A stretch of DNA of 41,681 nucleotides. Source: an uncultured Acidimicrobiia bacterium. GTDB taxonomy: Bacteria; Actinomycetota; Acidimicrobiia; Acidimicrobiales; AC-14. Positions 1 through 9,417 of this stretch are shown piece after piece (the first letter of the stretch is position 1; each line of letters begins with the position of its first letter). Location of the stretch: contig CAWIIV010000002.1 of NCBI GenBank assembly GCA_963836205.1, positions 1 to 41,681 on the forward strand, in the 5' to 3' direction. The notes below the pieces were generated by a model that had not been told where the DNA came from, did not search any database, and saw only the letters and a program-made list of their open reading frames with translations. A program made the translations under genes and the position numbers.

Positions 1-407
1 GCTGATCACCGCCGATGCCGGCGGGTCCAACGGCTACCGGGTACGGGCGTGGAAGACCGAGATGGGCCTCCTGGCGGCCGAGACTGGCCTCGAGATCACC
101 GTCTGCCACTACCCGCCGGGGACCTCGAAGTGGAATCGCATCGAGCACCGGCTGTTCAGCTTCATCACCATGAACTGGAGGGGCAAGCCCCTCACCACCT
201 ACCGGACCATCGTCGAGCTCATCGCCAACACCACCACCAGCAAGGGCCTCACCGTCCAGGCCGACAGGGACGAGGGCTCCTACCCCCGAGGCGTCAAGGT
301 CACCGACGAACAACTCGCCGCCGTGCCGCTGCGGCCACACGATTGGCATGGCGAATGGAACTACACCGTGGCGACGTCACCGACCAAGTAGTTCCTACAC
401 TAGGGCC
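1..407 (+). mobile_element. ISAzo13-family insertion sequence, right part (truncated by window start)
   Basis: Transposase 3' end followed by a short tail ending ...TAGGGCC|TTA at 401-410; the exact IR end is inferred. Confidence 0.75.
2..391 (+). CDS. ISAzo13-family DDE transposase, C-terminal part (5'-truncated)
   Basis: Frame 2 reads LITADAGGSNGYRVRAWK...CHYPPGTSKWNRIEHRLFSFITMNWRGKPL...WHGEWNY, the ISAzo13 signature. Confidence 0.93.
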   Translation: MITADAGGSNGYRVRAWKTEMGLLAAETGLEITVCHYPPGTSKWNRIEHRLFSFITMNWRGKPLTTYRTIVELIANTTTSKGLTVQADRDEGSYPRGVKVTDEQLAAVPLRPHDWHGEWNYTVATSPTK

Positions 408-882
408 TTACGTGGCCTGACGAGGCGAACGTCCGCTGGGTTCCTACGGCAGGACGTGCGACATCGTGGGAGCGTTTGGGGGCTTCCGAAGCGCGCTGCG
501 GTCCGGCTGGTCCTCGGACCGTCCGCAGCCACGCTGATGATGTCGAGCCGGGCCGAACAAACTCCCAGGCACGTCGGCGTAACGGGTCCCGGCCGTCGAT
601 GTCGATATGACTCGGTATGTGGTGTTACCACGCCCGCGGATAAGGGTCGCTGTCACCCTGTTATCGCGATGGCCTGTCCGTCATGCTTACTCCGTGTTGG
701 CCACGCAGACATTGTGTGCCCGACCATGGGTGTGATCGAGGCGGATCTTCTGGCGTCGTGACGGCAAATCAAAAGAACGATGACCCTTGGGTGCTTCCCA
801 GATCCGCAGAGGTCGCCCACTTCAACGTCCATAGGTTCTTGCGCGGATGATCCGATGCAGACAGAAAGTAGGAGGCGGGGCA

Positions 883-1179
883 ATGGGTTGTAGCAAGGCA
901 TACCATGTCGATGAATGGTCCGGAGACGATCTCGTCCTTGAATGGAACGTCGCGACGTCCTGGACTCCATTCTCGTTGGTTGGAACCAATCCCGATGCGC
1001 AGTCCCTCATCAATAAGGGTCTGATCACACGTGAGATGCGAGGAACTCAGCACATCATCAGGCTGACGATCGGTTTTCGAGCCCGGATCGGAACCCAGTA
1101 CTCGTGCTGGGACTGCTTGGACGCCGATGCGCAGAATCTCTGTAACAGCATCGTTTTCAAAGAGGGTCGGCCTCTCTAG
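883..1179 (+). CDS. Hypothetical protein, 98 aa (MGCSKAYHVDEW...)
   Basis: AGGAGG at 870-875 upstream of ATG 883; protein-like composition in a lower-GC patch; no family recognised. Confidence 0.6.
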   Translation: MGCSKAYHVDEWSGDDLVLEWNVATSWTPFSLVGTNPDAQSLINKGLITREMRGTQHIIRLTIGFRARIGTQYSCWDCLDADAQNLCNSIVFKEGRPL

Positions 1180-1464
1180 CGCCAGTCTCGGCGCGGTGGT
1201 GGATACCGGGTACATCCGGGTCGGCCGTCGCCACTCCCCCCATCGCTACCCGGAGGGCAATCCATCAGTCATGATCGCTATCACCTTCCTCCATCGACCG
1301 AATTGCCGGCCCTCGGTCCTGAACAGCGCGCCACGCTCCCATGACGGCCACGACCAGCCACACGCTCATCGTCTGGGCGGCGTGGCGCGGTCGGCTGTCG
1401 GCGGGAGCGTGGCGCTGGCCTTGGGCCGCCCTATAGCCGGCTGGCCGCTTGGGTTGGGCGCCGC

Positions 1465-1835
1465 GGGGCCCGAAAGTGAGGACTTGGTCGTCGGCGCCTA
1501 GAGGTGGATTTCACGGCTCTTGGGCGGGTTGATGACGACCTGACCGGTGGCGGCGATGCGCCAGCCGAACACCGAGACGCTCTGAGCCGCGCCCGCGGCG
1601 ACGATCCGCTCGTACCGCATGGCATCCGACACGAACCGATGGGCCGGGCGGATTTCGACCACCGCGTCGGTGGGGTCGAACAGCCGGTCGAACACCGCTT
1701 GGAACTCAGCCCGCTCCGACTGCGCCAGCATCAGGCTGGCCACGCAGGGCCTCGCTGACGATGAAGTCGTCGACGCCGACGGTTTCGGCCTCGGCGTTGG
1801 CCTGATTGAGCATCTGGACGATCATCAGCACCTTC
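1465..1835 (-). pseudogene. Degenerate duplicate of the 3' end of the CASTOR/POLLUX-like channel gene
   Basis: Aligns by eye with ~2843-3213 (KVLMIVQMLNQANAE...FDRLFDPTDAVVE...GQVVINPPK); has frameshifting insertions, codon deletions and an in-frame TAG at 1498-1500. Confidence 0.88.
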
Positions 1836-1890
1836 CCGGCCCGAGAGGGTGCGATTCCTCGACTACCGGCGCCCACGCCGCCCGCGGCGA

Positions 1891-2769
1891 TCATGTAGGG
1901 GCCGGTGCGAGCCCACGGCGTTCGGCCCAGCGGGGGCGGAGGGCGGCAGCGGTTGTGGCGAGGGCGACGGCGGTGTAGGCGAGCCAGCGGGGGGCGCCGA
2001 TGTCGGCCCAGCCGGCCAGCTCGCGAAAGTTCGTGACCAGGAGGAGGGCGGCGACGGCCAGGCCGATGCCACGGGCCGGTAGGAATCGGATCGACCAGGC
2101 CGCGATCGGGCTGGCGATGACACCTCCGGCCAACATGGCCACGACGGTGGCGGGGTCGATGCCGCTGCCCCCGACGGAGGCCAGGAGGGAGCCCGACGCG
2201 ACCGTCGCCACCGCCACCTCAGCCGTGTTCACCGAGCCGATCGCGAACCGGGGCTCGATGCCGCGGTGGAGCAGGTAGGGGGTCACCACGGGGCCCCAGG
2301 CGCCGACGAGCCCGTTGGTGACCCCGCCCGTCGCCGCGGCCACGCTCGTACCGCGCCTGTCGAACACCAATTGCCCATCCTCGTGGCTGTTCGCCCGCAC
2401 CGGCAGCACGAGGCTGAACCGGGCGAGCATCCGTAGGGCGACGAGGACCAGGAGCCCCGCCAGGATGGGCCGGAGCTGGTCGCCGTCGACGCTGGCGAGG
2501 ATGGTGACGCCCACCAGCGCCCCCAACGAGCCGGGGATGGCCAGGGTGAGGACGAGGCGGCGGTCGATGTTGCCGAAGCGCCAGTGGGACAGGGCTGCCG
2601 ACAAGCCGGTGGCCACCTTGGCCAGGTTCACGGTGGTGGAAACGGCCGCCGGGGAGAGGCCGGTGGCGAAGAGGATGCTCGACGACGTCGGACCGAAGCC
2701 CATCCCGAGGGCGCCGTCGACGAACGACGCCAGGAACCCGGCCAGGGCGACGATGACGAGCTCGGTCAT
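1891..2769 (-). CDS. Sulfite exporter TauE/SafE family membrane protein
   Basis: ASFVDGALGMGFG...S, SHWRFGNID, GAWGPV and GSVNTAE motifs; multiple hydrophobic helices. Confidence 0.9.
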   Translation of the reverse strand: MTELVIVALAGFLASFVDGALGMGFGPTSSSILFATGLSPAAVSTTVNLAKVATGLSAALSHWRFGNIDRRLVLTLAIPGSLGALVGVTILASVDGDQLRPILAGLLVLVALRMLARFSLVLPVRANSHEDGQLVFDRRGTSVAAATGGVTNGLVGAWGPVVTPYLLHRGIEPRFAIGSVNTAEVAVATVASGSLLASVGGSGIDPATVVAMLAGGVIASPIAAWSIRFLPARGIGLAVAALLLVTNFRELAGWADIGAPRWLAYTAVALATTAAALRPRWAERRGLAPAPT

Positions 2770-2828
2770 TCCCAACCGAATCTATCGGAATTGTTTCCCG
2801 GTCGACCAGCGACCGGCGATTCCCTCGC

Positions 2829-4688
2829 TCAGGTCCCGCGGCGCCCCACGAGGAGCACCTGGTCATCGGCGCCCAGGTGGACCTCACGGTTCTTGGGTGG
2901 GTTGATGACCACCTGGCCGGTGGCGTCGACGCGCCAACCGAACACCGAGACGCTCTGGGCCGCCCCGGCGGCGACGATCTGTTCGTATCGCACCACGGCA
3001 TCCGAGACGAACCGGTACGCCGGACGGAGCTCGACGACCGCGTCGGTGGGGTCGAACAGCCGGTCGAACACGGCTTGGAGCTCGGCCCGCTCCGACAGCT
3101 GCGCCAGCATCAGGCTGGCCAGGGCCTCGCTGACGATGAAGTCGTCGACGCCCACGGTTTCGGCCAGCTCGGCGTTGGCCTGGTTGAGCATCTGGACGAT
3201 CATCAGCACCTTCGGGGTCATGTCGGCGGGCCACAGCCGACGCAACGTCAGCAGGCTCAGCAGGGTGAGGGCGTCGGCGTCGTCGGCGGGCAGGCGGTCG
3301 CGGTAGCCGAGGACGATCACCTGGTCGAAGAGGCCCAACTCGCCGAGCCGCAACAGCCCCTCCGGTCCCCCCTCGGTCACCGTGACGTGCAGGGCGGCAT
3401 TGACGAGCGACATCTGGTCGAGACCGGTGGGGTCGGCGAGCTCCCGGTTTATCGCCAGCTCGATCGACGAGCCGGGAGCCAGGAACTCGTCGAGCTCCTG
3501 GACGACGGTCGGGCCGAAGCTGCTCCAACCGACGATCAGCACGCGGAGGGGCACTTTCACAGGAGGACCCGGCGAGGCCGCCTCCGGGACCTCAACCGTT
3601 CGGAACCCGGTGAACCGCAGCGTCGAGTCGTCCCAGGCGATGGCGATGATCTGGTCACCCGGACCGAAAACGGTCGCGGGGGGAGGGTTGAGCTGGACGA
3701 CCCCGTCGCCAGTCAGGCGGCCGATGGGCGAGGACGAGTCGAAGGCGAGGAGCGCCTCCCCGTAGGTATGGCCGGCGAGGTCGGGCTTGTCGGCGAAATA
3801 GCAGTCGTGTCCGCTGAAGTTGAGGAGCTCGCGGAACACGACGGAGAGCCCGGCTTGGTGACACGCCTGGGCGGTGACCTGGGCGATGACGTAGTCGGAG
3901 CTCACCGTGCAGACCGTCCCCGCGGTGATCGTCCGCAGACTTCGGGCGTGGTCGGCGTACGCCAGCTCGATGACCACGTTGGGGCCGGAGAAGTCGGGGT
4001 CGAGGGTCTTCACCGCCAGGAGTGTCTTGACGACGGCCGCGTCGCCCTCGGCGCCGGTCAGCACGATCACCGACCGGGCCTCGGCGATGTTGGTCAGTTG
4101 CAGGTGGGCGGTGTCCCATGGATCGCCGCTGCGGCAGACCACCCGGGTGTTCCTGGTATCGCCGGCACGGTCGCGGAGCTCGGCGCTCATCTCGCCCACC
4201 GGCCGGTTGGCCAGGATGACGATGGCGGGCCGGGTCAGGTTCTCGTTGGCGATGGCGAGCTCGGAGACGATCACCGGCAGCCGGGGTGACCAGCCGAGGA
4301 CCAGCGTGTGTCTCCTCTCGAGGACCGGGCTGCGACCCTCGCGCAGGTCCTCCATCCGCTTGTCGAGCGCAGCCGCGATCAGGCCGATGAGCGACCCGCC
4401 GACCAGGATGCCCAGCAGGGCGACGATGAACCACAGCAGCCGGGACGGCCACGCGGAGAGGTCCAGCGCCCCGGGGTCGAACACCCAGAGGAGGCTCTGC
4501 CAGACGTTGTCGAAGAAGTTGCCCTCGGTGTTGTCGCCCAGGAGGAAGCGTCCGACGGCTGCCGCCAGGAGCACCACCACGAAGACGACCACGGCCAGCC
4601 AGCCCATGAGCACCAGCGGGCCGCGGGCGAGGCTGTTGTCGAACCGGTAGCGAAGGCGCTGCTTGAGCGACGGCTTCCGTGCCGTCAC
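2829..4688 (-). CDS. CASTOR/POLLUX (DMI1)-related cation channel with RCK domains
   Basis: RLRYRFDNSLARG N-terminus, TM-pore(FDPG)-TM, LREGRSPVLE..HTLVLGWS, VVCRSGDP, GLSVVFRELLNFSG, second RCK and INPPK C-terminus; GTG start at 4688 inferred. Confidence 0.87.
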   Translation of the reverse strand: MTARKPSLKQRLRYRFDNSLARGPLVLMGWLAVVVFVVVLLAAAVGRFLLGDNTEGNFFDNVWQSLLWVFDPGALDLSAWPSRLLWFIVALLGILVGGSLIGLIAAALDKRMEDLREGRSPVLERRHTLVLGWSPRLPVIVSELAIANENLTRPAIVILANRPVGEMSAELRDRAGDTRNTRVVCRSGDPWDTAHLQLTNIAEARSVIVLTGAEGDAAVVKTLLAVKTLDPDFSGPNVVIELAYADHARSLRTITAGTVCTVSSDYVIAQVTAQACHQAGLSVVFRELLNFSGHDCYFADKPDLAGHTYGEALLAFDSSSPIGRLTGDGVVQLNPPPATVFGPGDQIIAIAWDDSTLRFTGFRTVEVPEAASPGPPVKVPLRVLIVGWSSFGPTVVQELDEFLAPGSSIELAINRELADPTGLDQMSLVNAALHVTVTEGGPEGLLRLGELGLFDQVIVLGYRDRLPADDADALTLLSLLTLRRLWPADMTPKVLMIVQMLNQANAELAETVGVDDFIVSEALASLMLAQLSERAELQAVFDRLFDPTDAVVELRPAYRFVSDAVVRYEQIVAAGAAQSVSVFGWRVDATGQVVINPPKNREVHLGADDQVLLVGRRGT

Positions 4689-4846
4689 CGCCGACGCCGC
4701 TCTCGGTAGTGGCCGAACCCGCGAACCGGGGGCGCGACCGTCAGGACTTGCTTCCCCAGCCACGGTGGAAAGGTAATCCACGACGCCCAGTGGCCCGGCG
4801 CGGCTCCCGCGGTGGCGGTGTCGACCGGCGCGGCCACACTGGACCG

Positions 4847-5368
4847 ATGGCCCCGACCCTCGCTCCGCCCGCCACCGGGATCCGGCTGTCGCCCCTGGGC
4901 CCCGGCGGGCGGCCGTTCGCCGGACTGCGCCCACTGGCGGCTCTCCTGGCGTCGGGAGCCATTCTGGCCGGCGGGCTGCTCCTCCTCTCCGATCGGGCGC
5001 CGGGGCTCCTCGAACGGGTGTCGAGGCGGATCGACGTGGGCTCCCGGGTGGCGCAGCTCGCAGCGGAGACCCGTTCCCAGTCGGACTTCGAGATCCACGT
5101 CGTGCTGTGGGGAGCGGTCACGGTCCTGGTCGGCCTGGCGATGTGGTCCAACCGCTCGCTCCTGGCATCGGCGGTGACGATCCTGGTGGTGAGCGGCGTG
5201 GCCGAGCGGGCCCAGGGCGTGCTCACCGAGACCCGGTCGATGCAGGTCGCCGACCTGGCCGGCAACGTCATCGGCGTGTGCGCCGGGCTAGGGCTGGTGA
5301 GCGGCCTGGCCATCCTCATGGGCTGGCAGGACCGACCACCACCCGTCCGCCCCCCGACGGTTCCCTGA
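4847..5368 (+). CDS. VanZ-like membrane protein
   Basis: H-V-V-L-W helix, E-x-x-Q (AERAQ), RSMQVADLAGNVIG resembles the VanZ R..D..D...N..G pattern. Confidence 0.65.
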   Translation: MAPTLAPPATGIRLSPLGPGGRPFAGLRPLAALLASGAILAGGLLLLSDRAPGLLERVSRRIDVGSRVAQLAAETRSQSDFEIHVVLWGAVTVLVGLAMWSNRSLLASAVTILVVSGVAERAQGVLTETRSMQVADLAGNVIGVCAGLGLVSGLAILMGWQDRPPPVRPPTVP

Positions 5369-5419
5369 CGCCGGGGCGCCGCACCCGGTCCGGCGCCGGA
5401 CGCGGCACAGTTGGGAGCG

Positions 5420-6265
5420 ATGCCCGTCCACATCCTCACCCTGGTGTGCCCCGACCGCCCCGGGATCGTGGCCAGCATCTCTCAAGGCCTGGTCGACCTC
5501 GACGCCAACATCCTGGAGAACGCCCAGTTCGGCGACCAGCCGACGGCGATGTTCGTGATGCGCACCCGGTTCGAGACGCCGGTCGAGTCGTCGGTGTGGA
5601 TCGAGGACGCCCTCGAACCCCGATCGTCGGAGCTGGGCGCGACCGTCCGGGTGCGCCGGGAGGACCATCGCCCGCGGGTCCTGGTGATGGTGTCGAAGTA
5701 CGACCACTGCCTGGTCGACCTCCTGTACCGGTGGCGGGCGGGGGAGCTGGCCATCGACATCCCGCTGGTGGTGTCCAACCACCCCGACCTGGCCGACCTG
5801 GTCGCCGGCCACGGGATCGCCTTCGAGGAGCTCCCGGTGGCACCCGCCACGAGGGCCGAGGCCGACGCCCGCCTGCTCGAGCTGGTCGACAAACACCAGA
5901 TCGACCTGGTGGTGCTCGCCCGCTACATGCAGGTGCTGTCGGAGCCGGTGTGCCGGGAGTTGGAGGGGCGGGCCATCAACATCCACCACTCCTTCCTGCC
6001 TGGGTTCAAGGGGGCCAAGCCCTACCACCAGGCCTGGCAGCGAGGAGTGAAGCTCATCGGCGCCACCGCCCACTACGTCACCGCCGATCTCGACGAGGGA
6101 CCGATCATCGACCAGGACGTGGCCCGGGTGTCCCACGCCCACACGCCCGAGCAGATGCTCATCATCGGGCGCGACCTCGAGCGGCTGGTGTTGTCCCGCG
6201 CCGTCAAGGCCCACGCCGAGGGACGGGTCTTCCTCCTCGGCCGGCGGACGGTGGTGTTCTCCTAG
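5420..6265 (+). CDS. purU: Formyltetrahydrofolate deformylase
   Basis: ACT domain CPDRPGIVA; VLARYMQVLS, INIHHSFLPGFKGAKPYHQA, GVKLIGATAHYVTADLDEGPII. Confidence 0.97.
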   Translation: MPVHILTLVCPDRPGIVASISQGLVDLDANILENAQFGDQPTAMFVMRTRFETPVESSVWIEDALEPRSSELGATVRVRREDHRPRVLVMVSKYDHCLVDLLYRWRAGELAIDIPLVVSNHPDLADLVAGHGIAFEELPVAPATRAEADARLLELVDKHQIDLVVLARYMQVLSEPVCRELEGRAINIHHSFLPGFKGAKPYHQAWQRGVKLIGATAHYVTADLDEGPIIDQDVARVSHAHTPEQMLIIGRDLERLVLSRAVKAHAEGRVFLLGRRTVVFS

Positions 6266-6316
6266 ACGCCGGCCGTACGCTGGGTTTGCTGGCCGGACGA
6301 AGGGGCGGTCTGGGAC

Positions 6317-6889
6317 ATGCGACGTGAGTGGACGATCTGGCTCGGCTTCACTGCCGTGGTGCTGATCGCCGTGGTCTTCGTTGTCAGCCGGGACAACGAG
6401 GACGACTCCAAGCTCTCGGCCGGCACCAGCACGACGGAGGCGGCTCCGTCGACCACGGTGACGACGAAGCCGCCGTCGACGACGTCCACGACTTCCTCCA
6501 CCACCACCACGGTCGTGGTGTTCGGAACCAATCCGACCACCACGAAGGCCCCGGCCACCAGTCCCGGCACCGTCGCCACCACCCAGCCGCCCGCCACCGT
6601 GCCTGCCACAGTTCCGGCCACGACGGCCCCTCCGCCCACCGACCCACCCTTGCGGGTCTCCTTCGGTGAGGGCACGTACCGGGTGAACATCGACCTTCCG
6701 GCCGGCACCTACCGCACCCAGGGCATCGGCCCGTGTTACTGGGCTCGCCTCTCGTCGGTGACACTGACCCCTTCGCCGGCCGAGGTGATCGCCGACGACA
6801 CCACCAACGGGGCGCCGGCCACGGTCACGATCCAGCCGTCCGACGCCGCCTTCACCACCGTCGGCTGTGACACATGGCTGTCGGTGTAG
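6317..6889 (+). CDS. Membrane-anchored surface protein with Thr/Pro-rich linker
   Basis: N-terminal TM helix, T/S/P-rich stalk, C-terminal GEGTYRV..D..AGTYRT.G..CYWARL domain common in actinobacterial surface proteins. Confidence 0.8.
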   Translation: MRREWTIWLGFTAVVLIAVVFVVSRDNEDDSKLSAGTSTTEAAPSTTVTTKPPSTTSTTSSTTTTVVVFGTNPTTTKAPATSPGTVATTQPPATVPATVPATTAPPPTDPPLRVSFGEGTYRVNIDLPAGTYRTQGIGPCYWARLSSVTLTPSPAEVIADDTTNGAPATVTIQPSDAAFTTVGCDTWLSV

Positions 6890-7623
6890 CCCCCGGCGGG
6901 GCCAAGGTCACGCTCGGGCACCTGGGCGCCGGGGTGCGGCGGCTGGTGCTCGGCGACCGGCTCACGGTGCTGGCCGTCCTCGGCCTGGGCTGGGTCTTCC
7001 TGGCCCCGGAGCTGGCCACCGCCCTTCCCTACGGCGACCGGGCCGAGCCGAACGCGACCCAACTCGCCTTCACCGCCCTCGGCCTGATCTTCGTCACGGG
7101 TCTCTATCTCTGGCGGACCGCCGACCGCCTGGGCGACCGCAGCCGGTGGTGGGAGCTGGCCTGGGCCTACAACTCGGTGATCGTCGTCATCAAGTTCATC
7201 CTGTCGCCGGCGGCCTACCGCAACACGCCGACCACCACCCTGGGGGAGTTCGTCGGCGTGGGACTGGTGGCCATGGTCTTCTACGTCGTCGGGCTGATCA
7301 TCGTGTTTACCGTCGTCGTCCGCCGGCCCGGGCCGTCGACCCGGCGCACCAAGGCGTCGGTGGTGGCGGTGCTGGTCGTGCTGGCCGTGTCGGCCCGGTG
7401 GGTGGCGGCGGTGGTGTTGGGCGCGGGGGCGGAGGAGTACTTCCGCCACGTCTGGCGGGGATCGGGGCTGCTGCTGCCCCTGCTGGTGGGCTCCACCGCC
7501 CTGCTGGCGGTGGAGGCGTTCGACCGAGCGGCCGACAAGGGCCGAGCCCTGCAGGACGGCTTCGCCCTGATCGTCGCCTACCACCTGCTCTGGGTCGTGT
7601 TCATGGTCCGGATGTTCGACTGA
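6874..7623 (+). CDS. Hypothetical polytopic membrane protein
   Basis: About 7 hydrophobic segments; host-like codon bias; start uncertain. Confidence 0.7.
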   Translation: MAVGVAPGGAKVTLGHLGAGVRRLVLGDRLTVLAVLGLGWVFLAPELATALPYGDRAEPNATQLAFTALGLIFVTGLYLWRTADRLGDRSRWWELAWAYNSVIVVIKFILSPAAYRNTPTTTLGEFVGVGLVAMVFYVVGLIIVFTVVVRRPGPSTRRTKASVVAVLVVLAVSARWVAAVVLGAGAEEYFRHVWRGSGLLLPLLVGSTALLAVEAFDRAADKGRALQDGFALIVAYHLLWVVFMVRMFD

Positions 7624-7644
7624 GGCCCAAGGAGGACCGCCTGC

Positions 7645-7806
7645 ATGAACGACCGCCCGCCCGTCTACGACCCCAACGCCCGCCGCCGGCCGATGAACGT
7701 GGTCGGCAAGATCGTCGTCGGCATCTGCCTGGCCTTCGGGCTGGTCTTCGTCGGCATGTTCATCCTGATGTGCATCGCCCTCAACTCGTACGGGAGCAAC
7801 AAGTGA
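7645..7806 (+). CDS. Small single-TM protein, 53 aa (MNDRPPVYDPNARRRPMNVVGKIVVGICLAFGLVFVGMFILMCIALNSYGSNK)
   Basis: AAGGAGGA SD at ~7629; stop overlaps the next GTG (GTGA); absent from the ORF track. Confidence 0.8.
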   Translation: MNDRPPVYDPNARRRPMNVVGKIVVGICLAFGLVFVGMFILMCIALNSYGSNK

Positions 7807-8786
7807 ACGCCCCCCGGGCCGGCCGGCTTTTCGTGATGATGCTGCGGCCGCCGGTGGCGCTGGCCCTCTTCAGCTTCCTCGGGCTCGGCATGGCCCAGGC
7901 CGCGGGCCACGACCCGTCCCGGGAGGGGCTGACCCTGGTGGCGGTGCTGGTGCTGGTGGCCGCCTGGTTCGTCAACGCCACCGTCCTCAACGACCTGGCC
8001 GACGAGGACATCGACCGCGTCAACCTGGCCGACGCCCGGGGCCGTCCGCTCGTCTCGGGCGACGCCACGCCGGCCGAGCTGCGGACCCTCGGGCGGGGCT
8101 GCGGTCTGGTCGCGCTGGCCGTCGGCTTCGCCCTCGACTGGCGGGTCGGCCTGGTCGTGGCCGCCGGGCTGGCGCTCAATGCTGCCTACTCGGTGCGCCC
8201 GGTACGGCTGAGCGACCGGGGAGCCGTGGCGTCCATGGCCCTCCCCTTGGGTTACGTGTGCGTGCCCTACCTGGCCGGCACCCTGGCCGTCGACCGGGCC
8301 GGGCTCGACCGTCAGGGCCTCCTGCTGCTGGCCGGGCTGTACGTGGTGTTCATCGGACGCATCCTGCTCAAGGACTTCCGCGACGTGGCCGGCGACGCCG
8401 AGTTCGGCAAGCGGACGTTCCTGCTTCGCCACGGGCGACGGGCCACCTGCCGGCTGAGCGCCGGATGCTGGGTCGCGGGCAGTGCCACCGTGTTCCTTCT
8501 GGTGCCGGCCCGGTCGCTGCTGGTGGTCGTCTTCGCCGGCTACCTGGCCGCCGCCCTCTACGGCCTCCGGCTGCTGGAGCGGGCCGACGGCCATGCATCC
8601 GAGCAGGTCACGGTGGCAGCGGTGGCCCGGATGGGGCTGGCCATGGTCGTCACCCTCACCGCCCACTACTCCCTGGGGGGGTCGGGGACGGCCGTCGTCG
8701 TCCTGAGCATCGCCGCCTTCTTCGCCGTCGTCTACGGCACCGCCCTCCGCGACCGGCACCGGGTCGTCGCCATCCGGCCCTACTGA
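7803..8786 (+). CDS. UbiA-family prenyltransferase
   Basis: NDLADEDIDRVN...RPLVSG first Asp-rich motif, YS..P, KDFRDVAGD..FGKRT second motif. Confidence 0.9.
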   Translation: MNAPRAGRLFVMMLRPPVALALFSFLGLGMAQAAGHDPSREGLTLVAVLVLVAAWFVNATVLNDLADEDIDRVNLADARGRPLVSGDATPAELRTLGRGCGLVALAVGFALDWRVGLVVAAGLALNAAYSVRPVRLSDRGAVASMALPLGYVCVPYLAGTLAVDRAGLDRQGLLLLAGLYVVFIGRILLKDFRDVAGDAEFGKRTFLLRHGRRATCRLSAGCWVAGSATVFLLVPARSLLVVVFAGYLAAALYGLRLLERADGHASEQVTVAAVARMGLAMVVTLTAHYSLGGSGTAVVVLSIAAFFAVVYGTALRDRHRVVAIRPY

Positions 8787-8799
8787 GCTGGCCCCGCCC

Positions 8800-9417
8800 G
8801 TGGTCGCCTTCGTGGGGGCGGCCGCCGTCTTCGTCGCCATCCTGGCCGCGGGCGAGGCCGCCAGCCGCCGGTGGCCCATCGAACCCGAGCTGGCCCGCAA
8901 GGCGGTCCACATGGCGTCGGGCGTGGCCGCCGCCGGCCTGCCGTTCGTCATGTCGTTCCCGACGGTGGTCGTGCTGGCCCTGGCCTTCGTCCCGTTCATG
9001 GTCGTGTCGCGCCGGGTGGGCCTGTTCCCTGCCGTCCACCAGGTGGAGCGGACGACCCTCGGCGAGGTGTGGTTTCCCCTCGGCGTAGCTGTGGCCGCCG
9101 CCCTCGTCCCCCACCGGCCCGCCTTCGTCTTCGGCGCGCTGGTGATGGGCCTGAGCGACGCCTTCGCCAGCCTGGCCGGCCGCCGTTACGGCCGCCGGGG
9201 CTACGCGGTGCCGATGCTGGGCGCGACCAAGACCTACCTGGGCAGCGCCGTCTTCTTCGGGACGACGGTGGTCCTGGCGGTGGCCGCGGGCGCGAGCCTC
9301 GCCGGCGCGCTGGCGGTGGCGGCCGCCGTCACCGTCGTCGAGGGACTCCTCGGCCGGGGAACCGACAACCTCGTGCTCCCGGCTGCGGCGGCTGCCCTCT
9401 TACGACTCGTCGGCTGA
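8800..9417 (+). CDS. Phytol/dolichol kinase-like CTP-dependent polyprenol kinase
   Basis: RKAVHMASG, GLSDAFASLAGRRYG, KTYLGSAVFF and DNL motifs. Confidence 0.85.
   Translation: MVAFVGAAAVFVAILAAGEAASRRWPIEPELARKAVHMASGVAAAGLPFVMSFPTVVVLALAFVPFMVVSRRVGLFPAVHQVERTTLGEVWFPLGVAVAAALVPHRPAFVFGALVMGLSDAFASLAGRRYGRRGYAVPMLGATKTYLGSAVFFGTTVVLAVAAGASLAGALAVAAAVTVVEGLLGRGTDNLVLPAAAAALLRLVG

Noticed and set aside
760-860. c-di-GMP-I riboswitch suggested by GGCAAA
   Set aside because: No GAAA-capped P2 or GACGCAAA/P3 elements follow
6430-6650. ACC/ACG-rich and Ala/Pro-rich low-complexity tracts (also dnaX ~30850-31190) as tandem repeats
   Set aside because: They encode ordinary Thr/Pro/Ala linkers
6867-8786. 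639-aa UbiA fusion
   Set aside because: The N-terminal half is an off-frame read of the two upstream membrane genes; UbiA starts at about 7803
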